Assembly: GCA_937891165.1 (NCBI GenBank)
Contig: CALAEX010000066.1
Location: 1,242-65,241 of the forward strand
Length of the DNA stretch: 64,000 nucleotides
Source of the DNA: an uncultured Lachnospiraceae bacterium
GTDB lineage: Bacteria > Bacillota > Clostridia > Lachnospirales > Lachnospiraceae
Reading direction: 5' to 3'
Shown here: positions 26,401 through 35,993 of the stretch, piece after piece
How positions within the stretch are numbered: position 1 is the first letter of the stretch
Layout of the letters: the number at the start of each line of letters is the position of its first letter
Position numbers and translations under genes: made by a program
Notes under the pieces: generated by a model
Databases searched by the model: none
What the model was told of the DNA's origin: nothing
Seen by the model: the letters and a program-made list of their open reading frames with translations, nothing else

Positions 26401-29400
26401 TGTAGGAGCTGGAGCTGGTTTACTTCTTAGTATGTTCACCCCACTTGGACCAATTGGTGGGGCTGCTTTAGGACTTGCTGGTTCTATGGTTGCTTCTAAA
26501 GACAAGTTCCATGAACTTCTTTTTGGTAAAGAAGAAGATAAAGGAAAAGGTACCAATGAAGGTTTAGTGAATAGATTAGGTGCTCAAATTTCTAAAACCG
26601 TCGTAGCACCTTTGGCAAATATTGCTAAAAATGCTTTAATGGATGTTAGAGATGCTGTCTTTGATAAAGTATTGTCTCCTATCGTAGATTTAGCAGAACC
26701 ACTTGCTGGTATGGCTAGGAGATTATACGATAAAGTGGAAGAAAAAGTATCTGGTGTTTTTGATACTTTGAAATCTAAACTTTTTAATGTGGCGAAAGGT
26801 ATCGGTAACTTATTTAGAGCTGGAATCAATAAAGTTTTAAATAGAGATAGTGATAAACCTAGTCTTATTGGTGGTGCTTTAAATATTATTAGTGGTGGTG
26901 CTAGAAAAGCTAGCGATGTAATGAGAGCTAGCAATGCCAAAGCGTCATCTAAGAAATGGTTTGATCCATCTTTTAGAACCACAAATGAATTTAAAGATAA
27001 ATATCAGGCAATGATGACCGAATGGGATAATTTAAGTCCTGAAGAAAGACAGAAATTCAAATCACTTAAGAATTTCGAAAAAGAATATGCCAAACGTGCT
27101 TTCTATTATGGTGGTAATAGTAGAAGTGCTATGAGAAAATCTGCTGAAGATAGAAAGAAAGATCGTTTAGAGAGACAAGCTGAACAGAAAGAAATTACCA
27201 ATCGTGAAAACTTAATTACGCGTCTTACGGGTGGAAAATACTCTACCGATAGTGAAGAAGCTAGAAAAGCTGCTTTGGATGCTTATAAGAAGAGTCGTGG
27301 TTATAAACGTGGTAAAGGTATGGCTGGATTTGATGACGCCACAGTTCAGAAATTATTATCACCAATGACTGCTCAAGGTGCAACAGTTGAAAATGAACAA
27401 CTTGATGAATTAAAAGAGCAGAATAGTAAGCTTGATAGTCTTATTGGTGGTGTAGCTGCTATCATAAGCACTATTACAGGTGCTCCTGTAAGATTAGCAA
27501 AAAGTGGATTTAAAACGTTTACTGGTGGTATTAAAGATACAATCAATGAACGTAGACAAAGTAAAGACGACCACGATGCCATGATGGATGACATCATGAA
27601 TAGTTCTCGTACTACTGAGAATTGGATTCGAATGGAAGGTGAAAAAGCTTTCAATGGAAACAGAAAAGATTTCAGTTTCCATATTTCGAAAAAAGAATAT
27701 AAACGTCTTAAACGTTATTCCAAAAATCCAAATAGTGTCTATTATCAGATGGCTAATGAGATTTTGGATGAAAACGCTGATCCAGAAAGAAGAAAACGAT
27801 TATATGAAGATTATCTTAAAGGTAGAGAAGAAAGAAAACAAGAAAGACAGGATGCTCGTGATACTCATGTAGGAAATATTAGACGTGCTTATAGAAATAC
27901 CAATGACATTATTCGTGGTGGATATGCTATTGGTACAAAGAATGCTACACCTGGTGTTCATCGTGTCGGCGAACAAGGAGTGGAGCTTATTTATTTTAAT
28001 GGTGGTGAAAGAGTTTACTCTAATAATGAATTACTTAATGTAAGACTTGTTGATGTAGAACCTAATGCCGCTAAAGTAATGAATACTAATGGAGAACAGA
28101 AAGTTGTTCTCGTTGGACAGAATGGATTACTTGCAACTTATGGAACAACTGCCAGACTCGATGCTAAGACAGATAATAAATCCAGAATTGAAAAAGCATT
28201 AAAAGACCCTAAATCCTTAATCAGTTACGACTGGGTTAAATCTGATAATGGTGACGATGATGGAGGAGATGGTGGTGACGGAGGAGATGATGACGAAAAG
28301 AAATCTCTTCTGGATAAATTAGGAGAAGTTGCAGGAAATCTTGGAAAAGCTTTACTTGCAGGTGGTGGAATTGCTGCTTTATTTAAACTTCTCAATAGTG
28401 AAAAATTCCAAGAGTTCTTAGAGAACTTTGGTGTGGTAGCAGAACGTTCTGCTGAAACTGTAGGAGAAATGAATGATATTGGCGGAAACACTGGTGGAAC
28501 GGATATTCCTACAGCAACTGGAAATGTAATCAGTAGATTGCTTAGTGGATATTTCTTTACAGATAAAGAAGGTAATGTAGATGGTATAGGAAAATCTTTA
28601 ATGAGGGGTTCTAGACAGGTGATGAAAACTGCTCTATTCGGCAGAAGTTTTAGACCGATGGATATCATTAAGCATCCATTCAAAACCATCAAAGGAATAC
28701 CAGATGCTATTAGTAAATTAAAACACCCGATTAAAAATTCCACATTCTATCAACAGGTTAATGGTGGATCAAAAGTTGTTAAAGGTTTCTTATCCGGTGG
28801 AGTCGATGAAGCGAATGAATATGTTGTTGAAACTGTGAGTAATATGACTCGTAAAGGTAAAGGTCTATTTGGTAATACTAACTTAATAGACATAATGAAA
28901 GAGAAGAAACCGACACAAGCAGCGGACAATGTAGTTGACTTTGCTGCCGAACGAGCTAAACGAGGAGCTGCCCAAAAAGGAACGCAAAAAGCGGTTCAGG
29001 AGGGTGCTCAAAAAGCTGCCGTTGAAGCGGCACAAAAAGCAGCTGTTGAAACTGCACAAAAAACCACACAAGAGGGTATTCTGGAATTTTGTGAAAAAGC
29101 TATCAAAGAAGCTATGCAAAATATTACACAGTCTTTAACTGAGAGACTTGGTAAAACTTCTGGTGGTAAAATTGTAAAAGCGTTAGCTACAAAAACTGAT
29201 AACGTTATTAAACTTTTGAAAAAAGCTACTGTAGGTCCATTGGCTGAATTTGTAGGAAAGAAACTTGCTAAACTTGGTACTTTTGTCGGTACTAATGCTG
29301 CAGTTGCTGCTACTGGTATCGGTGTTCTTGGTATCTTGGCAAAAGATGCTATCTGGATGACTTGTGGAGCTATTAACAGTGCAGGAAAAGGTGGGGCTGC

Positions 29401-32266
29401 AAGACTCTTTAAATGTGAACAAGATGCTGTTGACTGGAAGATGAGATTAATCGCTTCTTCAGTTGCCGCACTTGCTGAAACAACACCTGGTACTGTAGTA
29501 GATATTATAAATGAAATTGTTGTTGCTTGTTGTAGTTATGACTTCATTTGCGACTTTGCAACATCAATATATCTTACATTATCTAACGACGAAAAAGATA
29601 AAATACTTCTTAACTCCCAGAATGCTTTAAAAACTGATTATAAAGCATACCATGAAAGTACTTTGGAAAAAGAATGGAACGCTTGGAAAACAGATGGAGT
29701 TGATGAAGATAAATCATTGACTTTGGATCAGTTTAAAGAAAAAGTTAAAACTGGCAAAATCCAAGCAGACATTATGAGCTTTGACGAATACAATGATGAT
29801 GTTAATAAGACATTCGGTGCACATGCTTGGGATGCTACTGTTGGAGTAGCAAAAGACTTTGCAAAAGCTGCATCAAATATGGGGGTTTCTAAAACAACCA
29901 CAACCAATGCTACTGTAACTGGTGCAAATACATATAAAGCTTCAAACTATACAACTGGTACTGCAACAACAAGTTCTACCACATATAGTGCGAAACCTAA
30001 TATGGGTATGGGTTATGGTGGAAGAGGTAATATACCATTTTATTCACAAAAAGACCCTAGATGGAGCATGATGCCTTATGAACAAGGTGGTTATGGCGAA
30101 ACTATGGGTAATGCAGGTTGTGGACCTGCTGCATTTGCGATGGCTGCTTCTGGAGCCGGAGCTAAAATTGACCCAGTTCAATCTGCTATGTTGATGAAAT
30201 CGGTTGGTGCTAGAGACCATACTGGAACTAACTGGAATGGAATTAACGCTGCTGCAGGAAGAATTGGACTTAACTCAGTAATGAGTAGAAACCCATCTAC
30301 ACAATTTGTAGATTCGCAGTTAGCTGCTGGTAAACCAGTAATTCTTTCTGGTCGTTCTGGTGGATATGGTGAAAATACTCCATTTACTTCACAAGGGCAT
30401 TATGTCGTAGCAACTGGTAAAGATTCCAATGGTAATTATATCATTAACGACCCTAACTATAGGGGAGGACAATCAAGACGTTATAACAAACGTGATATTA
30501 TGAGAGAAACTGGAGCCGCTTGGGGCTTTGGTGGACGCGGTTTAGCTGGTGAAGGAAACGGAGCTATAGATAGAAAAGAATACAATAAAATTGTAGAAAA
30601 AGAAAGAAATCTTGAAAAATGGATTAGTATCTGTAGAGCAGTTAAACAAATTATTGCAAACTATGGTGTAGGGTATAGTACTTCAAATCATGTAGATGTA
30701 ACACTGGATGGAAAAACCGTTAAGAACAGAACCGACTGTTCCGGATATGTTTGTACATGTCTTAACTTCTATGGTATTGATAATCCGGGTTGGATGAAGT
30801 TTACAGATATGAGTAACTCTACATTATTAAATGCTGGTTTTGCACCACAAAGATTCCAATCATTCGATGGGCTTAAAGAAGGTGATATTGTTGCCAACCC
30901 TAAACATGTAATGATTTTTGCATATACACAAAATGGAAAACGTTTCTATTATAACTGCGGAAGTGATAATAGTAACAACAGTCCAACACCAACAGATTAT
31001 ACATCATTCAACCCTACAGTTATCTGGAAACCAGGTGCTGAAGGTGCTGCTGCTATTTCTAATGTAGTAGGTGGCGAAATGGGTGATGTGAGCTATGGAG
31101 CAAATAGTGGAACAAATAGTACGACAAGTACCGGTTCTTCTGCACTTGGATTCTTTGGAAAGATTTCCACATTCTTCTCTGAACTTGGAAATAGGGCAAT
31201 TGAAGGTATCACAACTGGAAATTGGAATATGGACTGGTCTGGAGTATTTGATAGTGGAGCCACTTCTGGTGGAGCTTATACAGGTTCTTCATGGAATGGT
31301 ACATCTACAGGAATAAATCCTTCTGCAGCAAAAGGTGTTGTAACCGGTAGTGCTGATGAAAAAGAATTATTTGAGAAATTAACCAGTAGTGCTTTCGGTC
31401 TTACAAAAGCTGGAGCTTCTGGACTTATGGGTAATCTTTATGCAGAATCTGGTCTTAAACCAAATAATATGGAAAACTCATACGAATCTAAATTAGGATT
31501 AAATGACATTACCTACACCAATGCGGTAGATAATGGAAGTTATACTAACTTTGTTAATGACAGAGTTGGTTATGGATTGGCTCAGTGGACATCTGCTGGT
31601 AGAAAACAAGGATTGATTGATCTTGCTAGAAGAAAAGGTCATTCTATCTCTAGCACAGATGTACAAACAGAACACTTGATAAATGAACTTAAGTCCAGTT
31701 ATAAGAAAACATACGGCATTCTTACTACAACAAATAATGTACGTGAAGCATCCGATATAGTTCTTCATGACTTTGAAAGACCTGCAGATCAATCTGCAGC
31801 AATGGAAGAAAGACGAGCTTCTAATGGTATGGCATATTATGAAAAATATGCTAATATGTCTGATACAAATACTGATATGACAAAGAAAGATTTCATCAAT
31901 ACTATCGAAGCCGATAAGGCTACTGGTGGTTATGGGGATTCTGTTTATACAAGTATCAATAATCCTAATAAAAATACATTAAAATACCAAGAAGGTGGAC
32001 ACGGTACTGCTAACGATGAAAGTGTTATAGTTTATCTTAAACAAATCCTTCAAGTACTGGGAGAATCTTCTGATAAGTTAAATGCATTGAATTATTTGAA
32101 AAACATCAGTAATTCAGCGGGAGGTAGAGGAGGAAATGTGACTAATAATACATTTATTGGTCAAAAGAACCCATCTCCAGTAAAGCATAGTGAACCTATC
32201 CCAATTCCAAAAACAGATTCTGCTAAATATACAATCGCTCAAAAGATTGCAAGAGGTGGTTTATAA
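23405..32266 (+). CDS. giant virion-associated protein (~2953 aa) with three peptidoglycan-hydrolase-type domains, tape-measure/ejection-protein-like
   Basis: ATG at 23405 follows AAAGGAAG; the track start 23387 is in frame. Domains: C39-like peptidase (~30030-30480: YSQKDPRW..GNAGCGPAA..GHYVV), NlpC/P60-like (~30600-31000: RTDCSGYV..HVMIF), tail-lysozyme-like (~31360-31800: GLMGNLYAESGL..GLAQWT). Three Gly-zipper TM repeats lie at ~25860-26530. Confidence 0.8.
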   Translation: MAGNEIKVSNTYKQKNGAKLNAQWLRNATRSLGSNSMSVLQDISPNIYNAAESAVAVTKAIRRTKVSSNTIARAMDNNKYVKMGKRALSNAMKDLKSGNFNNTTRGSGGSEDVDTTYHFGDDSESSGSEGQIHTTINFNPEGLNNINNSIVQQTKYQMQASQANIDTMVATSSAMMAMNQRNAEASLNMLNNINNSLQAIIKYNNENMTKFITSSMTYYEMMGKAYTSTEKKRDEKITGTDLVDKRGNLSKGKLSAILKQNLKAAYQESQLGGMLEMVDNFSDEIVKNPLSFVTKHLIEKSIPKALKESTKQLDKTFGNFVTEMLLRTSKKLMDNPGELGLKGFLGRVLNIDVERTKEFKFAGKINTDAAKFDKITHHAISAEIPKYLRESTAYLRQLVMLNGGDPERALKGSQIFNRDTGSYERYGDFGKYLLGSINTAVTRSMRESDFGKSLDKVGRSNLVKDSQKDAYDKLLDNFFIALEREEGNVDISKRGEDSDVSRIMASLSGDKGLKRILEESVYASFANGRAGMGVNAARLHAKSARNKRISELEETNLAELSGLVKTDQTIDDALASVLYGTDGKTTRTQSYTPTSMLGRLSTIERLLDRGINVQVVGNEGFESIHKGVRGPKTDRKNDATPSNRPTEGDASDISAEDLAKGINDAMGDVASTDNSGKGGFIINAQNHIGNIMHHIVRGDTSAIYAEMGAMFGSGLMSLGQKMNDSVLTPMKKFIFGEKDGKEFSITGKVKEMFGNLKSDMAEFVLGPKGEDGKRDGKKATVMGFLHEGMESMAKSLFGEEKSFDEIKEQIRQKVQKNSETGLKGAIIGGGLGLASGGILGTLVGGPLTGAFLGTATAIASKSKGFQKFVFGNVIDDEGNVVEKTGKGLISDATQTFFKDHKSDIVGAAGIGAVGGMLTGGGLLGTMVGGPLAGALLGSAVGIAKNSKTFQKFVFGEEVTDEKTGQKKKIGGILSAFNRAFSDANPQNKRPGRELVARGTVGAGAGLLLSMFTPLGPIGGAALGLAGSMVASKDKFHELLFGKEEDKGKGTNEGLVNRLGAQISKTVVAPLANIAKNALMDVRDAVFDKVLSPIVDLAEPLAGMARRLYDKVEEKVSGVFDTLKSKLFNVAKGIGNLFRAGINKVLNRDSDKPSLIGGALNIISGGARKASDVMRASNAKASSKKWFDPSFRTTNEFKDKYQAMMTEWDNLSPEERQKFKSLKNFEKEYAKRAFYYGGNSRSAMRKSAEDRKKDRLERQAEQKEITNRENLITRLTGGKYSTDSEEARKAALDAYKKSRGYKRGKGMAGFDDATVQKLLSPMTAQGATVENEQLDELKEQNSKLDSLIGGVAAIISTITGAPVRLAKSGFKTFTGGIKDTINERRQSKDDHDAMMDDIMNSSRTTENWIRMEGEKAFNGNRKDFSFHISKKEYKRLKRYSKNPNSVYYQMANEILDENADPERRKRLYEDYLKGREERKQERQDARDTHVGNIRRAYRNTNDIIRGGYAIGTKNATPGVHRVGEQGVELIYFNGGERVYSNNELLNVRLVDVEPNAAKVMNTNGEQKVVLVGQNGLLATYGTTARLDAKTDNKSRIEKALKDPKSLISYDWVKSDNGDDDGGDGGDGGDDDEKKSLLDKLGEVAGNLGKALLAGGGIAALFKLLNSEKFQEFLENFGVVAERSAETVGEMNDIGGNTGGTDIPTATGNVISRLLSGYFFTDKEGNVDGIGKSLMRGSRQVMKTALFGRSFRPMDIIKHPFKTIKGIPDAISKLKHPIKNSTFYQQVNGGSKVVKGFLSGGVDEANEYVVETVSNMTRKGKGLFGNTNLIDIMKEKKPTQAADNVVDFAAERAKRGAAQKGTQKAVQEGAQKAAVEAAQKAAVETAQKTTQEGILEFCEKAIKEAMQNITQSLTERLGKTSGGKIVKALATKTDNVIKLLKKATVGPLAEFVGKKLAKLGTFVGTNAAVAATGIGVLGILAKDAIWMTCGAINSAGKGGAARLFKCEQDAVDWKMRLIASSVAALAETTPGTVVDIINEIVVACCSYDFICDFATSIYLTLSNDEKDKILLNSQNALKTDYKAYHESTLEKEWNAWKTDGVDEDKSLTLDQFKEKVKTGKIQADIMSFDEYNDDVNKTFGAHAWDATVGVAKDFAKAASNMGVSKTTTTNATVTGANTYKASNYTTGTATTSSTTYSAKPNMGMGYGGRGNIPFYSQKDPRWSMMPYEQGGYGETMGNAGCGPAAFAMAASGAGAKIDPVQSAMLMKSVGARDHTGTNWNGINAAAGRIGLNSVMSRNPSTQFVDSQLAAGKPVILSGRSGGYGENTPFTSQGHYVVATGKDSNGNYIINDPNYRGGQSRRYNKRDIMRETGAAWGFGGRGLAGEGNGAIDRKEYNKIVEKERNLEKWISICRAVKQIIANYGVGYSTSNHVDVTLDGKTVKNRTDCSGYVCTCLNFYGIDNPGWMKFTDMSNSTLLNAGFAPQRFQSFDGLKEGDIVANPKHVMIFAYTQNGKRFYYNCGSDNSNNSPTPTDYTSFNPTVIWKPGAEGAAAISNVVGGEMGDVSYGANSGTNSTTSTGSSALGFFGKISTFFSELGNRAIEGITTGNWNMDWSGVFDSGATSGGAYTGSSWNGTSTGINPSAAKGVVTGSADEKELFEKLTSSAFGLTKAGASGLMGNLYAESGLKPNNMENSYESKLGLNDITYTNAVDNGSYTNFVNDRVGYGLAQWTSAGRKQGLIDLARRKGHSISSTDVQTEHLINELKSSYKKTYGILTTTNNVREASDIVLHDFERPADQSAAMEERRASNGMAYYEKYANMSDTNTDMTKKDFINTIEADKATGGYGDSVYTSINNPNKNTLKYQEGGHGTANDESVIVYLKQILQVLGESSDKLNALNYLKNISNSAGGRGGNVTNNTFIGQKNPSPVKHSEPIPIPKTDSAKYTIAQKIARGGL

Positions 32267-32296
32267 AAGTACGGAATTGAACATTTAGAAAAACAA

Positions 32297-32336
32297 ATTC
32301 ATAAGAGAGTCCAACAACTCTCTTATGAATTTTTTG
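32297..32336 (+). terminator. intrinsic terminator
   Basis: 13-bp stem attcataagagag/ctctcttatgaat followed by T5. Confidence 0.8.
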
Positions 32337-32355
32337 TCAGACGGGGTGAAAAACT

Positions 32356-33858
32356 ATGGCTGATTATAAAACCAATGTCAGTAATGACAAACGAGCGATG
32401 ATTAGTAATAACATGCGTTTGTTTGGATTACCATTTCAATTTATAGAATCGGTTGACCCCAGAATTGAATCTGTGTCAAAAATAATTGGAACTAACTTTG
32501 TAGAAAGAATTATTTCTGATGCTCCTACTGTTATGATTATTCCGGGTAAAGCAGTATTTTTACCAAATGCATCAAATAAGCAAGGAACTGCTCATGCATT
32601 ATTAGCCGCTGCCCATGGTTCGGTAAGATCATTAACAAATGCATTGGAAGTTCAAAAAGATAAGCATATCAGATATTATGATTTTGAAGAGTCATATAAT
32701 GAATATATTAAATATGTAAATATTATGTGTCGTACAGTTGCTGGTTTCTTAGAGATCACAGAAACTATTCAAGAAGGAAAAAATACGGTATCTTTTCAAA
32801 GTTATAACTGGAAAAATTACCGTTGGTCATCTGACCAATATTCTTCTGCGGCAGGTTCTGTAATTCAGAGCGCATGGAGTGCAACTGTCGGTAGTGCTAT
32901 CGATTTGGCTCGTGGTGTGTGGGGTGGATTGAAAGGTTCTGTAGTCCATGCAGTTAGTTTAGATGGTGGAGGAGATGGAGATAGAGGAATTACAGGAACA
33001 AATAACTTTGTTCAGTTTTATATCGACCCTTCCAGTGGATCTTCTCATAATATGAGTAACTCAGTTTCTCAATCGCAGATTAAATCAAGTCTGGATTCGG
33101 CTAGTGCAACCGTTAAAGAATTCCAATTTGTTGCTAACTCTGCTGGTATTCAAATGCCAGAACAGATGGAACAAATGACAGAAAGTGGATTAGATGCCTT
33201 AACTGCAAGTTTAGGTGGTGGAGATGGTCCTTTTGGTACAGTAATATCACAGTTACTTGGAGCTGGTAAAAGTGTGGTTAAAGGTGAAAATATCATCTTA
33301 CCAGAAATCTATCAGAGTTCTTCAAGTGATATGGATTATACTATTGATATTCATCTTCGTTCTCCATATGGAAATAAATATTCTGTATATATGGAAGTAT
33401 TAGTTCCACTTTTACATTTAATTGCACTCACAGTTCCAAAACAGGCTACTGCAAATACATTTGGTTCTCCATTCTTAGTAAAGGCGTATTGTCCTGGTGT
33501 ATTTAATATTAACCTTGGAATTATTGAATCTATGAGTATTTCAAGACCAGCATCTGAAGATTGCTATTCAGTGGATGGTCTTCCAACAGAAGTTGATGTA
33601 CAGCTTCGTATAAAAGATTTATACCATGATTTGTCAATCAGTTCTACAAATGATAGAGCATTATTTGTTAATAATACTTCATTGATTGATTATCTTGCCA
33701 CATTATCAGGTTTGGATTTAATTCAACCACAGATTGATACTAAATTAAACATGATAATTGCTAATTTTGGTGCAGGGATGCGAGATATTGATGATAACGT
33801 AGAATCTTTGATTTTTGACAAAATCGAAAGAACCTTTAGTGGGTTTATTACACTTTAA
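32356..33858 (+). CDS. hypothetical protein (500 aa), probably structural
   Basis: Long ORF directly after the giant virion gene. Confidence 0.7.
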   Translation: MADYKTNVSNDKRAMISNNMRLFGLPFQFIESVDPRIESVSKIIGTNFVERIISDAPTVMIIPGKAVFLPNASNKQGTAHALLAAAHGSVRSLTNALEVQKDKHIRYYDFEESYNEYIKYVNIMCRTVAGFLEITETIQEGKNTVSFQSYNWKNYRWSSDQYSSAAGSVIQSAWSATVGSAIDLARGVWGGLKGSVVHAVSLDGGGDGDRGITGTNNFVQFYIDPSSGSSHNMSNSVSQSQIKSSLDSASATVKEFQFVANSAGIQMPEQMEQMTESGLDALTASLGGGDGPFGTVISQLLGAGKSVVKGENIILPEIYQSSSSDMDYTIDIHLRSPYGNKYSVYMEVLVPLLHLIALTVPKQATANTFGSPFLVKAYCPGVFNINLGIIESMSISRPASEDCYSVDGLPTEVDVQLRIKDLYHDLSISSTNDRALFVNNTSLIDYLATLSGLDLIQPQIDTKLNMIIANFGAGMRDIDDNVESLIFDKIERTFSGFITL

Positions 33859-33874
33859 AGGAAAAAATAAAATT

Positions 33875-34483
33875 ATGAAAATGGAAACAGAGTATAAACA
33901 GGAGTACGGCAGTATTCCAAGAAATCGTTCGGAACGAATTGATGAGTTTATTAAAACTCATAACTTAGGAAAGTTTAAAATCTCTATCTTTGATGAGATT
34001 AAAAGAATCAATTCGATTCCATGGAAAGAAGAAAAGTTTATTATTTACCTTTTACCGAAAGGAACGCCAAGACCTAGGTCTACATCCAGAGGTTCTTTTT
34101 TCTATGTGAAAGGAGCAAAAGATAATAAGACTTTTTTTAAGAAGCAGCTTATGAATATGGAAGATTTACCATATATTACAACAGCATGTGAGTTTGAATG
34201 TAATTCCTACTTTCCAATTCCAAAAGGAATGAAAGCAATAGAGCAGCTCCTTGCTGAATATGGATTTGTTAGACCAATTAGTAAACCTGATTGGGATAAT
34301 TTAGGAAAGACTTATTCTGATATGATTCAAGATATTATATTAGATGATGATGCTTTCATTATTGACGGGGCTTCCAGAAAATATTATAGTTGGAAACCGA
34401 GAATCGAAATCACTATCAAATATATGACAGATTACGATTCTAGTTTCAATAAAAATAAAATTCTTAAGAAAGGTAAAAAGTAA
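33875..34483 (+). CDS. RusA-like Holliday junction resolvase
   Basis: GTPRPRSTSRG...KPDWDNLGKTYSDMIQDIILDDDAFI fits the RusA D-x-D-N..K...D...DD pattern. ATG at 33875; the track start 33815 overlaps the previous gene. Confidence 0.55.
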   Translation: MKMETEYKQEYGSIPRNRSERIDEFIKTHNLGKFKISIFDEIKRINSIPWKEEKFIIYLLPKGTPRPRSTSRGSFFYVKGAKDNKTFFKKQLMNMEDLPYITTACEFECNSYFPIPKGMKAIEQLLAEYGFVRPISKPDWDNLGKTYSDMIQDIILDDDAFIIDGASRKYYSWKPRIEITIKYMTDYDSSFNKNKILKKGKK

Positions 34484-34485
34484 CT

Positions 34486-35760
34486 ATGGCTCACTTATAT
34501 GGCTTTTTTAATAATAAAGTGTATAGAATGTCTACAAAGAAAAATGTAGCACCTAAAGTAGTTGAACCATTTCAGTCAACTACATACCTTAGAGAAGATA
34601 GCGTTAATCGTTCTATTACGAATGTAATTAAAGTGAATTCTATGGATTACTTCGCTGAAGAACCCAATGATGCTTTATACAATAAACTTATTGGTTTCAT
34701 TAAAGCATCTAAAATCTCTGGTATTGAAACTTTATTTTACCAATTTAAAATTGGGTTAGATTATCAGATTTGTGATCATAATGGGACTATTATTGATGCT
34801 GGTGTAAGATACATTCAGACAGATGCAAATGAAGTTGCTATATTATTAGACCCAGACCCAATGACAAATGCTTTACCATATAGAAAAGCAGAATATGTAA
34901 ATGAAAAATTTGCAATTTCTAAATTCAGTCCAGTTTCTTATGGTGTGATGGATAAAAAACCTAGAGGAGTTACCTTTAGAATTAATACCATCACCATTTT
35001 AGCAAACTTAACTGATATGGGAAGTGAATACTATATTCAGAACTTAGGACCATCTGCACAGGATACTACATTCTGTTATGGTTCTGGTACTATCAATAGT
35101 ATCAATAATCATTCTATCGTATTATTTGATACTGCAAGTATGGGTATTACAATTCCAGCTCATAAATTACATTATGTCCCAGAAACAATTTATGTGTCTG
35201 TAGAAGCACTGCTCAATCAGTTCTGCGCGGTATTTGATGATACAGAAATTTGGGAGATTATCGAAACTTATGGTGGAGAAATGTCTCAGGCACCATCTGA
35301 TTTCGATATTCCAGATTTCCCAGAATCACCATTTGATCCAGTGGTGGATAGAAAACCTTGCCCTGGAAATTATCCAATGCCACCATATATGCCACATCGA
35401 CCAGGGCATAAACCGCCATACAAACCTGGACATCATGAAAGACCGTGTCCTCCACCTCCAAGACCATTGGAACCAAGTAAACCACCAAAACCAATTATTC
35501 CTGGTGAAAATTGGAATCCGGAAGGTTCTATTGTTCCAAAACCTGACTATAATCAGGACCATGGCGATTTAAATGAGATGGAATGGTGCTTTGCTAGTGA
35601 AGCAGACCCGGATCATGAAAAATTTCTTGTTGTATCCGATGAGATGTCTGAATCTGAATTTGATGCAACTACAATGGTTCGTATTGCAGACGTTCTTCCA
35701 TTTGTTACAGATATACAGATTGGAGATTATGTAAAAAAATCAGATGTTCTGTATTGGTAA
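34486..35760 (+). CDS. hypothetical protein with Pro-rich low-complexity segment
   Basis: ORF of 424 aa. Contains PCPGNYPMPPYMPHRPGHKPPYKPGHHERPCPPPPRPLEPSKPPKP. Confidence 0.7.
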   Translation: MAHLYGFFNNKVYRMSTKKNVAPKVVEPFQSTTYLREDSVNRSITNVIKVNSMDYFAEEPNDALYNKLIGFIKASKISGIETLFYQFKIGLDYQICDHNGTIIDAGVRYIQTDANEVAILLDPDPMTNALPYRKAEYVNEKFAISKFSPVSYGVMDKKPRGVTFRINTITILANLTDMGSEYYIQNLGPSAQDTTFCYGSGTINSINNHSIVLFDTASMGITIPAHKLHYVPETIYVSVEALLNQFCAVFDDTEIWEIIETYGGEMSQAPSDFDIPDFPESPFDPVVDRKPCPGNYPMPPYMPHRPGHKPPYKPGHHERPCPPPPRPLEPSKPPKPIIPGENWNPEGSIVPKPDYNQDHGDLNEMEWCFASEADPDHEKFLVVSDEMSESEFDATTMVRIADVLPFVTDIQIGDYVKKSDVLYW

Positions 35761-35893
35761 ATTAAGTTTGAAATAACAAAAAAAATAAGTAGGAAGTATT
35801 CTACTATAAATATTCCAAGTATTACATTTTTAAAAGTTTTGAATGATCAAATATAAATCTGTAATACCTCCAAAACGAACATAAATTGACAGG

Positions 35894-35925
35894 TAAAAGA
35901 AGGTAGTGACGTTGTCACTACCTTC
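35894..35925 (-). terminator. intrinsic terminator for the beta' C-half gene
   Basis: gaaggtagtgac-3 nt loop-gtcactaccttc, with a T-run on the - strand. Confidence 0.65.
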
Positions 35926-35993
35926 GCTTATCCAATCATTCAATATAATTTCTTCAGTTGGGTTAGAGATACAATATCTCTAACCCGAAATAT

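Noticed and set aside
23387-32266. About 15 ORF-track entries on the opposite strand or in other frames inside the giant gene (for example 25513-25986, 28225-28743). Similar antisense ORFs lie inside other long genes (3680-4006, 6242-6433, 36145-36921, 53426-53857, 61628-61912 and others).
   Set aside because: They lie wholly within longer ORFs that carry recognisable domains. They have no RBS and show low-complexity translations typical of the antisense strand of biased coding sequence.
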